Origin: Paragordius varius
Taxonomy: Eukaryota > Animalia > Nematomorpha
NCBI GenBank assembly: GCA_964247055.1
Contig: OZ176058.1
Coordinates: 3,038,001-3,102,000, forward strand
Reading direction: 5' to 3'
Length of the DNA: 64,000 nt
The notes below the pieces were generated by a model that saw only the letters and a list, made by a program, of their open reading frames with translations, was not told the origin of the DNA and did not search any database. A program made the position numbers and the translations under genes. This document shows positions 1 through 13,600 of the stretch, piece after piece; position 1 is the stretch's first letter, and each line of letters starts with the position of its first letter.

Positions 1-1173
1 CGTGTTGGACCATTCAATTTCAAATATGATTTTTGTTTACTTATTTTCGATTGCGCTGATGTCGTCTTGCTTTTTTAATTTAGGCCCTCTTTTTACCCGC
101 TACCCCCGTAAAATGCCATTTTTTTCAAAAAAAAACAAAGTCCACAAAAATAATTTTTTAAATCTATTTTTCGCCCTAAAAAATTCAATAAAGATTTCAC
201 GTATTCCCTGTTAAAAGGCAAAAATTTTAGTCAAGCGTTTCTATGATGATAGCTGCTGAGTAAGGAGCTACCCGCTAAAAACTGATTTTTCATGTAATTT
301 TGTGATCTGTTTCCCGAAAACCGGTGAACCCAATCAAATCCAAACATCGAAAAAATATAATCTTTAATGAATGCCCCGACAATAGCTTCGCCCTTTTTTT
401 GAAATAGGCCCCCAGTTTGGGCCCACCCCGTGTGAGAGATCACAAAGAGGGCATTTTCCCTTTTTATAAATATATAGCCTCTTTTTACCCGCTACCCCCG
501 TAAAATGTTATTTTTTTCATAAAACAAAGTCCACAAAAATAATTTTTTCATCGTATTTTTTTGCCCAAGGTATGAAACCGTAAAAATTCAATAAGGATTT
601 TTCGTATTTCCTGCTAAAAGGCAAAAAATTTAGTCAGGCGTTTTTTTGATGATAGCTGCTGAGTAAGGAGCTACCCGCAAAAAACTAACCCGTCATATCG
701 AAATAGCGTGCTTTTGGGGCTAAATTTCAAAACCTATCAGGTCATATGAGTTCAATAGCTGCTTAAAGTATTACCCGTAAAAAGTCAAAAAATTTTAGTC
801 AAGCGGATTTTATGAATCAACCGTTAAATAGGCTCTTTACTCCCTAAAATGCCCTATCATTGAACTATTTAGTTTTGAAACCATTCTTACATAAACTATT
901 AGGACTGAATGATTATTCCAGGTATAAAGGCAAATTTTTTTATTCAACTACATTTTTATATTGGCCTCTGGGTAGGGGGCTACCCGCCTACAACGCGCAT
1001 TCATATCCATACAGCATGTCTTTGGAGCCAAATTTCAGAATATGACACTATGTGAATCATTTGAAAACTTCGTGCCGCATACCAAAATTGTCTATAAAAT
1101 TAAAAATGCCCCCCTCCCCTTAGAAGTTCGAAGGACCTCCTCGGGCTGCGTAGTAGCACGAGATTTACTCTAG
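1..1173 (+). mobile_element. Non-autonomous Helitron-like element, long variant, 5' end outside the window
   Basis: 3' end is a GC-rich hairpin (CTCGGGCTGCGTAGTAGCACGAG) followed by ...CTAG (1170-1173)|T. Body is homologous to 24600-25184 and 61264-61766. Internal segments are duplicated (e.g. ~215-290 vs ~615-690; ~80-165 vs ~475-545). Confidence 0.8.
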
Positions 1174-2170
1174 TTGAATATAAATGATTCAGCCTGGTAT
1201 GTTATATTATATAATTTTTATTCATGGAAAATTCTCATATCATTTTACATATTTTACGTAATAATTGTTTAGGCACTAAATATTTTGTCTTGGTGCATTG
1301 TTTGTGAAAAGGTGCTTTAAAATGAAAACATTAAATAAATCAGAATTAAAAATGAATTAAATATTTTATTAAGATGTATATCACAATATATTTTAAAAAA
1401 TTTGTGTAATCTCGGCAGCGTTTGATTTTAGAAAACTAGCTCAAAAATCAAAATTTTATAAATATTATACATTTATATATAAAATATATTATATTATTAA
1501 TAGTTTTGAAATGAAGCCTTTTGTTTGCACGAAAAAATTTTATTGGCATTTAGAATTCATTGATTTCAGCAATTATCATAAAATATCGATTTCCTGAATC
1601 GCTGGTAATATTAAAGCCAAAAGCACCGGAGAATCGTGAAATATTATAATAACTTGGATTAATGTTAATTTCTAACTTTATTATAAATACTTTTTTTATA
1701 TAGTAACACTTTTTGACTATTTTCTTAATTAATAACTTTGTCCTATTTACTAAATTGCAATTATAATCAATCATAATAAATATAGTCTTAAAATATTTGG
1801 GTTATTTGGCACAGTAGGCTATATGCACCTGAACATTTGGCCTTGCGATCAGTGTGCATTATTGGCATTAAAACATATTAAAAAAACTTATATTGATACT
1901 TATACATTAAAAATATATATAATTATATACATGAAAAGTTTTTTAATATGGAATTTTATTTAGCCGTGTTATCCATTTTTACCCATTTTGTTTTTTGGCA
2001 ACCATTAAAATTGTATTATATATAAACATTAAATGAAATTTAAGTTTTGATACAAAAAAGATGGCACAACAGAAATTTTAATCGCCAAAAGAATGGACAG
2101 CTACCTTATATAAAAGTAATGATTTGTTTTTAATATCCTAATTTTTTTATACATTACAAAATTTTAATAA

Positions 2171-5100
2171 ATGGATTATTTAAGAAAGACATTGTTACTT
2201 CTTCTTCTTTTTGGACCCACAACATACGGTAACTTTAATTGAAATTACAGTAAAATCTGAAATTATACGGTTAATTTTTTTTCAAAATACAACCATTTTT
2301 ATTTCATAATCTTGAGTTATATAAATAAAACTCGTTGTTTGAAATTGCAAAGTCTTTATTTTACGTTTTGTCCGTATAATTTTAATTTTTACTGTGTGTT
2401 ATAAGCGCATTAGCTTTATAATAAATCTAATATTCTTTTGCCAACTAACTGAAAATTAGGATTTATAGAATCACATCATATTACTTTTTTATAGCCAAAA
2501 AAAATATGATGGAAAACTTTTTCGAATAATACTGTTCGATCCAACTTCCCGATTCCGATATGTTTTAACACGGCTTGATATTCTGGCCTAAATTTAAAAC
2601 CGGTTTCAAAACGGTTTTTAAAATTTTAACTGGCTCCGGTTTTTTACATTTTTCACGGTTCTAGACTGGTTCGTTCTTTGTAGAATAAAACCAGTTCTTA
2701 AAATAATTTCAATCATATATCTATAGATCTGATAATTATTCCAAAATACATGTCAGCACCTATTATTTAACTAATTAAATTAGATAATAAAATCTTCAAG
2801 CAATTGGGTAAGTATTTATTAGTATATCTACAAAAGTAAAAATAAAATCACATCCAAATATTTTTGTTATTAAATTCGAAATTTATTAGATTTGTGTTTC
2901 AGCCCTTTTGATGGTAAAATGAATTTTTAAAAACCAAATCTTCAATAATTTTTAAGGATCTGCCATTTGCTGAAATCATTTCTAAAATACCCTATATTTT
3001 ACATCAAATTGAATGGTATTTTTTTTGAAAAGTATCAAATTTATTTTTGTTTCAACCACTAATTAAAAATAAAATATAAGGTTGACTAAATTTGAAATAA
3101 ACGTAGTAGATTTAGTTTTTGATTAAATTAGCGTTGTGTAATCCTTTTTAATGATTCACATTTTGAGCGTTTGCTGTTTTCTCTAACTTCAAAATACAAA
3201 TCCTTCATCGATTGCAAAAAAATTATGGCATTCGAATACAGATATATAGGTGATTTTATTGAGGATGTTGTGTCAATATATTATTTCATTTATTTCTATT
3301 TTTTAGTTTTGGGGGCGGCAGTCCTTGCGGGTTATGTGACACAGTGGACAGCTTTCGATATTTCAAACGTAAAAGCCCCTTTACTGACTCATCTTATGTA
3401 TGCTTTTATAGGAATTAATCAAGATGCCAGCCTCAACATTCAACAAAACAGTATTATATCGCGAAAATTTATTATTATATCCCATTCATAGGTTACGATC
3501 ATTTCAATCAATTGCAAAGCCTTAAATCCCAAAATGGGAATATAAAAATTTTGCTCAGCATTGGTGGTGCTACTGGCAGCTGGGCTTTTAGGTTAAAAAA
3601 ATAAATAAATTCTTAAAAAGTCATAATAATGTTCCTCATTTATATTATTTACAGTTACTTGAAGTCTAATAGCTTGAAACAAACATTTGCACAAAACTGT
3701 CTCAAAATCTTAAAGCAATACAAATTTAATGGAATCGATTTAGATTGGGAGTATCCCTCGGCTGATCAAAAGAAAGATTACTCTGATTTATTGATGGTTT
3801 TTTAAACATTGTACAATTGTTCATAATTATAATTATACTCTAGGTATTAACCACCTAAAGAGAGTCAAAATATTAAAAATTTTGGCCAGATAAAAAATAT
3901 GCATGGCTTAAGCGCATAAAAAATATTAAATATAATATATAATTGTAAAAAACATTCATTTTAACTATTACCGCCGAATTCTTGTCTTTTAAACCGAGCG
4001 GTATATATATGTTATTTTTTATAAAACTCTAAATTTCGAATTGCATCCATTTTGGTAGTGTTAATTATTTATTTGATCAGCTATTTATATTAGATTTGGA
4101 TAACAATTAAATAGTGTCTAAGAGTTACCAATCAGGAAAAAAAGATGCCTTATAAATAATGTTGATAATAAATTTAATTAGTAATTAAATTTGACATAAA
4201 GCTTTGAACTAACAAAAGTGAATGAGGTGATATAGTATTAATGATAAATTATGAATAATTATATTCCGGTGAAGTGGTAATGATTAGAGATTTTATGTTG
4301 ATTTGTATCAATTTAATTTTATTCCCCTATCTTTATATCTTTTTTATAGAAAATTGTGTAATAGCCGAAATTCATTAAAATTTTTATCTGATTCATTTGA
4401 TAATGTTAGCCAATTAAATATAAATATTCTGAACAATGGTGTAATAAATTGAAAATAGATTTTGCGACAAACTCTGGGTAATTCGTACCTTGTAACTTCG
4501 GCCGTTCCTGCAGGAGTCCAAAATTTAGCCGGATTTGATGCAGCTATAATGAACAAGTATATTAACGTTATATTCAATTGAGAAATGTATACATAACCGA
4601 CACCTGAACATAAAATATTTGCCGAACGGTAAAATTAAATTTCTAAAAGGTTCAGGTGTTATCAGATCTGATATTTAAAGTACAAAGGACAGTAATAATT
4701 GAAATTATACACACAAATTAAAAAAAAACCAAATATATAATTTATTTTATATATTCCTTCTCAGTTCATAAATTTTTGGGCAGTTTTATATCCCAGAGTG
4801 ATTTGAAATTTGAAATATCTCAAAAAGTAGTTAAGGTATTACACCGTATATTTTAAAATCTAGGTTTTTAAGGTGCATATTTTATATTTTTCCAAAATGT
4901 AAAATTGTATAAAAAAATTCATTTCAGACTTTTCCGCCATTTTTTACCATTTAAAACCCATATAATAGGGGAAAAAATGTATATAATGGTTAGTAAAAGA
5001 AGATTAAAATTTTATTTTACCGGTAATATTGATATATTTTGATTTTAAAATCAGCTGTTTATTAAATTCGTTTGGTTGTCCCAATTCTTGAATATAAAAC

Positions 5101-8100
5101 TTACAAAACTGCTAAAAATATAAGGTTTTTGTCTATCCAGGAGAAGAATGTTTGATAATTAGGTTATACAGTAATTTATATCCAAGATTGACTCTGGGGA
5201 TGTAAAATCTCAATGTCATCGCGGGCAGAAAGAATAATACTGCCCTTTGTTGCATATGCTATTTGGCAATAATTAATTCTAGCAATATATACACTTACTC
5301 TTACAGCTATTACATTTGCAAAACACATAATTGTGTGTTACCAATGTACATTTTTTAATTTCATAATTTGTTAGTGAAAATGGTCGGTTGAATAAAACTA
5401 GATAAATGCTAAAACTAGGTAATATAATTTAAAACGTGTTGTTCCAGCTTAAACACGTATTTTGCAAGGCTTGGAACCGGTTCAAAAAAAAGGAATCGGG
5501 ACTAGGTCAGTTCCTGAACAAGTGGAACCGGAATTGCGTTGGTTCTTAAGAATTTAAAAATAGAACCGGTTCCTGAAATTTTGGAACCGGAACCGGAGTG
5601 GTTTCTAAACATATGGAGCCGGAACCGCGTTGGTTCCTTAAAAATTTAGCGGTTCTGGAACCGGTTTTTTATATTTAACGGGTTCCATTTTCAATTCCTG
5701 ACTTAAAATGATTTACAAAATTATTAGAATAATAATTCAACCAAAAGTAAATCAAACAATTTATTATAAATTGCAAATATATAGTAAAAGAAATTTAGTG
5801 TAATAATGAAACAAATTATAAAAATATAATAGGAAAATGTATAGTACGAAGGTATAATATGAGAGTTAAAAATGTGGCTCAAAAAACTTTATTTAACACC
5901 GAGCGATTCGCTGGTCAAACTGCTTCTCAAGTCTTAAAATAAAAATTAAGACTGAATAATTCCTTTCACCAGAGACCTATATACACGAACATATGTATTA
6001 TAAATAAACTTGAGTTATGACTTAGTTTTTTTAGTAGAGCCGAATCGACCATATTCCAGAAAGTATCGCTAATATTCGCCGCTTAGTTTTTGGTTTGAAG
6101 TATGCGGTAATGTGTAGTGGTACAATCAAATTTAAATCATAAAATAAAATTTTTATAATAAAAATTATATGGGAACCGGTAATTATGGGGTTGGGACCGG
6201 AACCGGGTTGGTTTTTAAAAATTTATAGATAGGACCGGGGTGGTTCCTGAAATTTTGGAATCAATACCAGGGTGGGCCCCGGAGAAGTGGAACCGGGACC
6301 GCGTCGGTTCCATTTAAATTCCAGGAACCGGGTTCTCCGCTTCCAAGCCCTGGTATTTTGTAATTGATTCCAGAATTTATCCATTCTTTAAAACTCTAAC
6401 TCTTCTTATTATTTTATGTACCATTTATATTTATTAGTACTTATTTTATGTTAATATTTACTATAGTAAATGGTTTTTTTATTCAACCGACTATTACTTA
6501 GCTCCTATTTAGTAAAATATTTATTTTTTTATCCAATTGATTTTTTACATCAATATTTCATTATCCAACTTATTTAATGATTTGGTTATATTATAAAAAT
6601 AAATAGTACTTTTGAAAAAATACTTCTCATTATATTTTTACATCTTGTCCGTTTATATATCATATTGATTCCTTATGGCTCATTTTTCATTATTTTAATG
6701 CTGCTTTACAGCAAATAGTGTAGAAACGGACTACATTTTTTTTTACAATCATATATTAAAATTTCGTTTAGGTTGCAATAAAGATATACATTTTAACACA
6801 GATATGCCATTTTTCAGTCCAAAGCAACTTTTTTCATTTAAACGCAATTTTTCAATCAAGAAAATATTTTTTCAAGTTAAGCTGCATTCTTTCAAGCACA
6901 CGTAACATATTTTTCATTTATATGAAACATATTTCAGTTGTCTCTGCTTAAAAAAATGTTGCGTTTACTTAAAAAATTGCTTTTGACTAAAAATGGAACA
7001 TAAAAAATATGTTATAAAAAAGTATGGCTGTCTCAAAAAATTGTTTTTAGCTTAAACCTTTCCTCTTTTTTGTACAATAATAATAATCATTGTAAATAAT
7101 CTTTTTTTATGGAATAATAGTATATTACGGCCAATGTAGTAATATTTGGACATGTTTTTTTAATAAAACTCTAACAAATCAACCATATTGATGATAAATA
7201 AAATATCTAGATATTTAGATTACGCATTCATAATGACTTACGATTTTGCTGGAAACTGGAATTCTGTTACTGGACATAATGCTCCTTTGTTTGGTACTGG
7301 CCCATACAATATGGTAGGCCTTTTACCATTTACGAAAATGTCGAGTGTTTTATTAAATCGTTTATAATTTTAAATACCATATTAGAATTAATATAAAATT
7401 TCTTTTTTTTAAATAAATCCCCGAAAATGCGTGGACCTTCCCACGAACTAAGTTTATTTAATTTTTTTAAATCGAGGTAATAATGTTGAATGCCTGTAAA
7501 ATTTTAAAAAATAAAAAATTGGTGAATTTTTTTTATTGTTTAAAGCGTTATCAGCGCTGTTATTATATTTGTTATTAAAGAGGTAAATTTTTTTATATGC
7601 GATAATGTGATAATTTAAAAAGTTTCAAAAAATTTTGGGTGAGAAAGTTTTAAAAACTGTTATTATCCGTTATTCAATTATTTTGTCCGGGCCGTTTTGT
7701 TGGTTTTGTTTCAGTTGTGCCGTTTCAACACATTTTGATAATTTGTCATTTTTACAGAAAGGCGCAATAGATGCTTGGAAAAACAAAGGGCTCTCCACAT
7801 CAAAAACAGTCGTAGGTCTGGCTTTTTACGGCCTTCAATTTGCACTTAACGGTAATCTTGGTTCTCAAGCAAGCACCATCGGTGCATCAGCCTCCTTTGT
7901 TCAAACGCTAACTTGGGATCAGGTTTGCTTAAATTTTATAACTCCGTTTTTTATATCTTAAAAAATGCATATATTTTTTCATTAGATAAAATCAAAAACC
8001 TTCAAAAGGGAATGGGACTCAGTCGCTCAAACCTCTTATGGAGTAAATGGAAAACAATGGTTTAGTTTTGATGATGTTGAAAGCTTGCAGAAAAAGGTAC

Positions 8101-8748
8101 ATTGCTTTAGTTAATAATTCAATTTCAACTAATTAATTCATTTTTTTGCTATAAATGTAACAGGTAAATTTTGCCTGTAATGTTAGCAAAGGCGTAATGA
8201 TCTGGGAACTCGGACAAAACATTGATCAAAGTTTGCTCTCTGCAATCAATAAACAAATGAAATCGGTTTGTGGTTTAATTACTCCATCTACTACCAATAA
8301 TAATAACAATTCAAATAAAACCACTCTAGCTGCTACCACTACCACTCTAGGTACTACCACAGATTTTACTGAAGATGATAACATAAATGCCTCAAACAGA
8401 TGTACCAGTAATTTGAGTACACTCTGTTCCTTGTTAAGTCAAAACGGAGCTTTAGCTTTTGTCGAATACCCAAAAGATTGCAAGTAAAACATATTATTAT
8501 TAATTGATATGTTTTTAAGGATTGATGAAAAATCAGGGTATATATCGAAATTTTGTTTTAAGTAAAACTAAATATAATATCCAGTCTGCATTAAATTGAT
8601 AGTCAATAATTATTTATCTTAACTATATAATAGCAAGTATGTGGATTGCCGAGTGCACGTACTGAAATCTTGCCCTAGTGGATTAATTTGGAATTCAGAA
8701 GCCGTGACTTGCGATTGGCCACATGCCTTCTCTTGCAAGCCATGTTAA
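2171..8748 (+). CDS. Secreted GH18 chitinase with Thr-rich linker and C-terminal CBM14 (peritrophin-A) chitin-binding domain
   Basis: Phase-consistent GT-AG exons: 2171-2228 (signal peptide [19 protein letters not shown]), 3307-3450, 3492-3591 (ILLSIGGA), 3655-3796 ([11 protein letters not shown], intact DxDxE), 4459-4556, 7211-7313 ([16 protein letters not shown]), 7758-7923, ~7987-8096, ~8164-8483 (GVMIWELGQ), 8634-8748 ([20 protein letters not shown]). Confidence 0.93.
2248..2394. mobile_element. Tc1/mariner-like MITE (short copy) in chitinase intron 1
   Basis: TA|CAGTAAAATCTGAAATTATACGG ... CCGTATAATTTTAATTTTTACTG; same family as 55369-55645. Confidence 0.7.
4775..5205. mobile_element. 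Degenerate MITE, same family as 38461-38883
   Basis: Shares GGTAGTTTTATATCCCAGAG(C/T)GATTT... and internal sequence with 38470-38800 and with ~63105-63180; inverted CTCTGGGGATGTAAAA near 5190. Confidence 0.55.
5465..6352. mobile_element. hAT-family non-autonomous element in a chitinase intron
   Basis: TIRs CAAGGCTTGGAA / TTCCAAGCCCTG; perfect 8-bp TSD GTATTTTG (5457-5464, 6353-6360); many subterminal GGAACCGG motifs at both ends. Confidence 0.9.
6803..7000. mobile_element. Degenerate mini foldback element with 22-bp array
   Basis: ATGCCATTTTTCAGTCCAAAGCAAC ... TTGCTTTTGACTAAAAATGGAACAT; same layout as 15153-15274. Confidence 0.6.
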
Positions 8749-8949
8749 TTTACCCACTTTTTACTTATAATTTAATAAATATTCATTTTAGAGAATAAAA
8801 TATTTTTCCCCAAATACTCCTTTCATGTTTATAACATAATAATATTTAATAAATTGTGATTAATGTTGGTTTGTTTGGTCAATTCTAACGACCTTTTAGA
8901 TATAATTTGCAATATTGATTTTTACTTGTTTTAATCTTTACCTCTACAT

Positions 8950-9290
8950 TCGATTCGATAAATGTCATCTTAGTCTCATCTTTTATCATGTCTAACCCAT
9001 CGCTTCCCTACCCATCTCTTTCTGATGTCAGGAGTGAAAACATCCTCGGAAATTATAACACCCAAAAACGTTAAATACCTACTTCTATTTTCACTTCATC
9101 TATAACAATTGAAGGCTTTTTTCCATTGCTTAATATTTTGGTTTTATTAGGGTTAAGCATAAGACTATAACTTAAACCCTCCTTCCAAATCTCTCCAATC
9201 AATTCCATTAAATCGTTTACACTTTCAGCTAAAGGGTAATATCGGAAACCTTTAATTATTGATTGTTCTCCCTTCTATTTTTACTCCAAG
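8950..9290 (-). mobile_element. Internally deleted fragment of the old RTE-BovB-like LINE
   Basis: Reverse complement matches ~31030-31330 and ~31635-31700 (e.g. TTATGCTTAACCC..AAAACCAAAATATTAAGCA, ATAATTTCCGAGGATG, ATAAAAGATGA.ACTAAG.TGACA). Confidence 0.75.
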
Positions 9291-10633
9291 TGTTTATAAA
9301 AACACATTTCTGGAAATAAATAAAAAATACAAAATTAATTAAACAATGTTTTATTTGGAAAAAAATATTTATTTATTTAGTGTTTAAGTGTTATCGGTTT
9401 AACAAAACGAGTCTCACATACCTTAATATAGTCAATGGGTGGTCAATAACCCCATGTAAAACATACAATGCAACTAAAAACTACATAATAGCCAAAAAGA
9501 TTAATAATAATCACCATTTTATCAGATTATATACAATACTTTTTAAAATTTTTTATCATTTTGACATCTTAAAATATAAAAACTTAAAAAATTTTAAAGT
9601 AATTCAAATACCTAAAGCTTATTGGGTTTTTCGATGTATACAAAAGAACTTTCTGTTTATATAAAAATTTTATAATCAGCTGTTTGGGTGGTTAAAATAT
9701 AAAGTTAATATGATTTTTTTAACGACAACATAAATGATTCATGATGTTAAATTATTAATGAATTTGGGATATTGTGTTGAATAATCTTTTAATTTTATAA
9801 ATATTGGAAGACGCTTCTAAATATACTTTTTTTAAGTAATTTATTAATACAAAACAAAAATAAATACAACTAAAAAGTATAGATAGAATTACAGTAATGA
9901 GAATTTTAATTGGCCATTTCAGTATAATAAATGGATTCAGCCTATAATGTCAAGTCCAGCAACTATGATAGCAAGAAAAATTAAATATGGCTAAATTTAA
10001 AAGATTACTGTGGTAGATAATCGGGATATGAATGCGCCATGGTTGACAACAACCTAATTTTATCGGTGGATGTCAACCTTAAAACAACACTTAATAACTT
10101 ACTCTTAATATTCTTGAGGTGAGTCAGGGGCCAAGAAATGACTCTTGTTTTTCTCTATTAAAATTTTTTATCCTTGTAAAGTAAATCTTGCAAGTTGAAA
10201 TAGAATTTCTATAAAAAATGTTAATTTTAAGATTATATATCAAAAGATAACCCTTAACATTATAGTTTTGTATTTAAACACTCTATATTTTGGATACTTT
10301 AACTAAATAAATTTTCATACTCAAATTTATTGATATATTTTTAAGTAGCATATTATTCAAATATGTTTGGCGAAAAAATGAGATTTTATTATTAAATTTA
10401 TAATTTAATGCTTAGGATATGGAAGTCTTATTTTTATGACCTAACTTGAATATAAAAATTAAAAGAACATCAAAAGAACATTTAATTATGCAACAATATA
10501 AACAAGACTACGATTCATTAAACTCTAAAAACAAAAAATAAAATTTTATTTGACCAAAACCAAAGTCTTCACATTATATTATCAAATATAAAAAACATCG
10601 TTAATTTATTTACACAAAATTGATTTTTAATTT

Positions 10634-13600
10634 TTATAAAATCATTCTTGCTGCAGAGGCCGGAACTGTGGGAACGGTTGGCATAGCATTGAAATAGCGT
10701 TTTGTGAAATTTCCATTTTTATCATTAAATTTATTAGACTTTAGCTCTTTCTTGGAATTTTGAGTATTAGTTTTCTTTGATAGTTTATCTTTTCTTTGAA
10801 CCTTTTCAAATTCATTGGCTAAATCAAATTTCTGACGCTTTTTTTTACTGTCAAAGGTTTTGTTCGCTACTTTTTTGCTTTTTTTGTCATTCAAAAATTT
10901 AATAGAACCTAACTTAGAATTCTCAGTGCTATCTTTAGCATTGAAATTTGTGTTTTCTTGTTGTGTTAAACTTTTAACCATTTCGGGCCAAACCTGGTGA
11001 TTGACTTCTTCTGTTTGAGTATTTTCACCATCAGCTGTTTGATTTCTGTCGTTTTGGAATGGTTCATATTTGTTTTTGCCCTTCGTTAGCGTATTAATGT
11101 TGGTATCTTTATTAGGCTAATATATAAAAAATAATTAGCTCATAAAAAATTTATACAAATTTGGAAAACCATACATGAAATCCTTTTTATGTAAACTAAA
11201 CTAGAGAGTGTAAAAATAAATTTTAAATTTTTTAAAATTCATATAAATAGGCATCAAACTGTATCGGTATATTATACATTATATAAATAATGCCATTCGT
11301 AACATGGTTCTAATTTAATTTAACAAATAAAATTTTGGCGGTCCAGTGTTAGGCATCAAATGAGGTTTTGTAATATATTTGAAAATAAATTTATAAAGTT
11401 TGCAAAAAAACTATATAAATTTCTAACCAAAATAGCTTTGAAATGCATGTTGGCTAATGCATCGAGTTTAATAAACAAATTGTTGATGGCCTTTGCGATT
11501 TCTGAATGAGTACCACTGAGTTTTACTCTTTCGTGTTCGGTTATGCTAGTTGTAAACATCTGTCATATTTAAATTTTTTTAAAATATTAAATAAATATAT
11601 ATTAAAAAATATGGAAATCAAAAGGGATATGTAATAGAGTATACTAAAAAATATATAAATATTTTATAGAAAATGTATCAGGACTCTAAAACATATTAAT
11701 TTTGGATTTATTACACTGCTCAACAAGGTTTTGCACCACCCCAATGTTTTTGCATTTTCTGATGCCTAATGGCATGGAAAGGCCAAAACAAAAAAGAAAA
11801 TTGAGGCCACCAATAGGATTTTTCCAAAATTTAATTTTTAAATTTGTATTTAATTCAAAAATAACAATCATTCCTCGTGTACATATGTTAAAATATTCAA
11901 ACAAGCAAGTCGATACAAGTAATATTCCATGCATGGATAACAAATTCTAGGCATTAAATAAGATACTAAACAAGCTAAGAGCCAAAGTATTAAAAATCTA
12001 AAAGGGGCTTATGTATAGTGTGATAGATATGGGCGGCTGCACAAGCTCTGCATATCCCCCAAGCGATCCTATAATTATGCCAGATATGGCAAAGATAACA
12101 ATAAGTAATCGTAAAGTCCGATAAGAGAGACTTGCAAGCAAAATCGTGGCAAATTGACATGTCAAATTAACCAATTTACAGAATAAAGTTAGATAAATTC
12201 TACAATTAAATTGAATATTTAGGTAAATACAAATGGTCCAACCCCATAACAGTAAATTCTACTAAAAGTGGCTACACAACATCCATCTGAAATTCAAAAT
12301 ACAAAACAACCAATAATTTTAAAAAAATAAGGTATATCCACTAGGTATAAATAAGGGATTTTTTATAAGAACCAACTCAAGAGAAAAAGTCTAATAAGTA
12401 CTCGAAAGAACGAAATCTAACAAAAAAATATAGCCTATCTGAAAGCCGAAGGTTTAAGCCATAGAATGCCTTTTTTAGTATTTTTTTAAAAAAAATTTAT
12501 ATGTGTTAAAAATTTACTTGAAAAAAAAGACTAAATTTTGACGTTTAAGTCCGTACTATTTTTTTCTCTCTGATATTTAAATGACATATTTATATTCAAA
12601 AGATAGAGTTTAAAACGCTTTATTAAATTATATTAAGTTTATAATATAATAATATTTTATTATAAAGTTATATTTAATTTTCTCTCGATTTTCTCTTGTT
12701 TATGAAAAATTGAAAAACCTATAAAATTTCAAAATTCTGATTGGCGGGATCAAAATTTTTTTCAAATTCGGTTTTAAAACACTGAAATTAGTCATAATTT
12801 AAAAAGTTTGAGTGGTGGTGCTTAAAATGTCCAAATTTGTCGACTAGTGTTATGCATATTGCATTATTAGCCAACATTATAATCGATACCTAGTATTTGC
12901 TACATTTTAAAAAATATTATTTATAAAATGTATATAAAACAATATTTATATTAAGTTTTAAATTTTAGATTTTAGCTCAAAATGTAAATTTTTGCACTTT
13001 AGGGCAAGTTTGTCGGATAACAATCGTTAAATATGTTATTTTAACAAATTATAATAAGTATTTTTAAAACTTGAAAAATTATCAATTTTTAGCAATGATA
13101 AAATGTATTTTGAGTGTTTTGCAACATGGTAAAAACGGTAGAAACACTTTATTCGGATATTATAAAAACATTATATAAATTTAATGATGTTAAACACTAT
13201 CCTTGTATATTTTCGTTAAAAGATGTGTAGAACTTTAAAATTAACTTTTTGAGTTAAAAAGGATTTTTTTAATAAAAAATTTTGAAAAGGCAGAAATATT
13301 CACCATAGTTTCTAAAAACAATCAAATACGCTTCAATAAAATTTATCAAAATCTAGCATATATTTAAATTGATGTAGCGCAGGCATCATTGTGGTATATA
13401 TAAAAAATTAGCCCATTATATGGGGATCTAAAAAATATAAGACTATCGAATCCCACATCCAATTAAAATTTAAAATAAATATTGTTGCTTTCCTTTTTAA
13501 ATGTAAGTATGATATATTTTGGAATGAAGCAAATATGGCTTTCCCCAAAATTTTGCATGATATGCGCTAAATAAATATGGGTAAATCCACATAAAAGTGT

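Noticed and set aside
1550-1774. Minus-strand ORF ending SRFSGAFGFNITSDSGNRYFMIIAEINEF
   Set aside because: Isolated, with no linked exons or homology that I can recognise.
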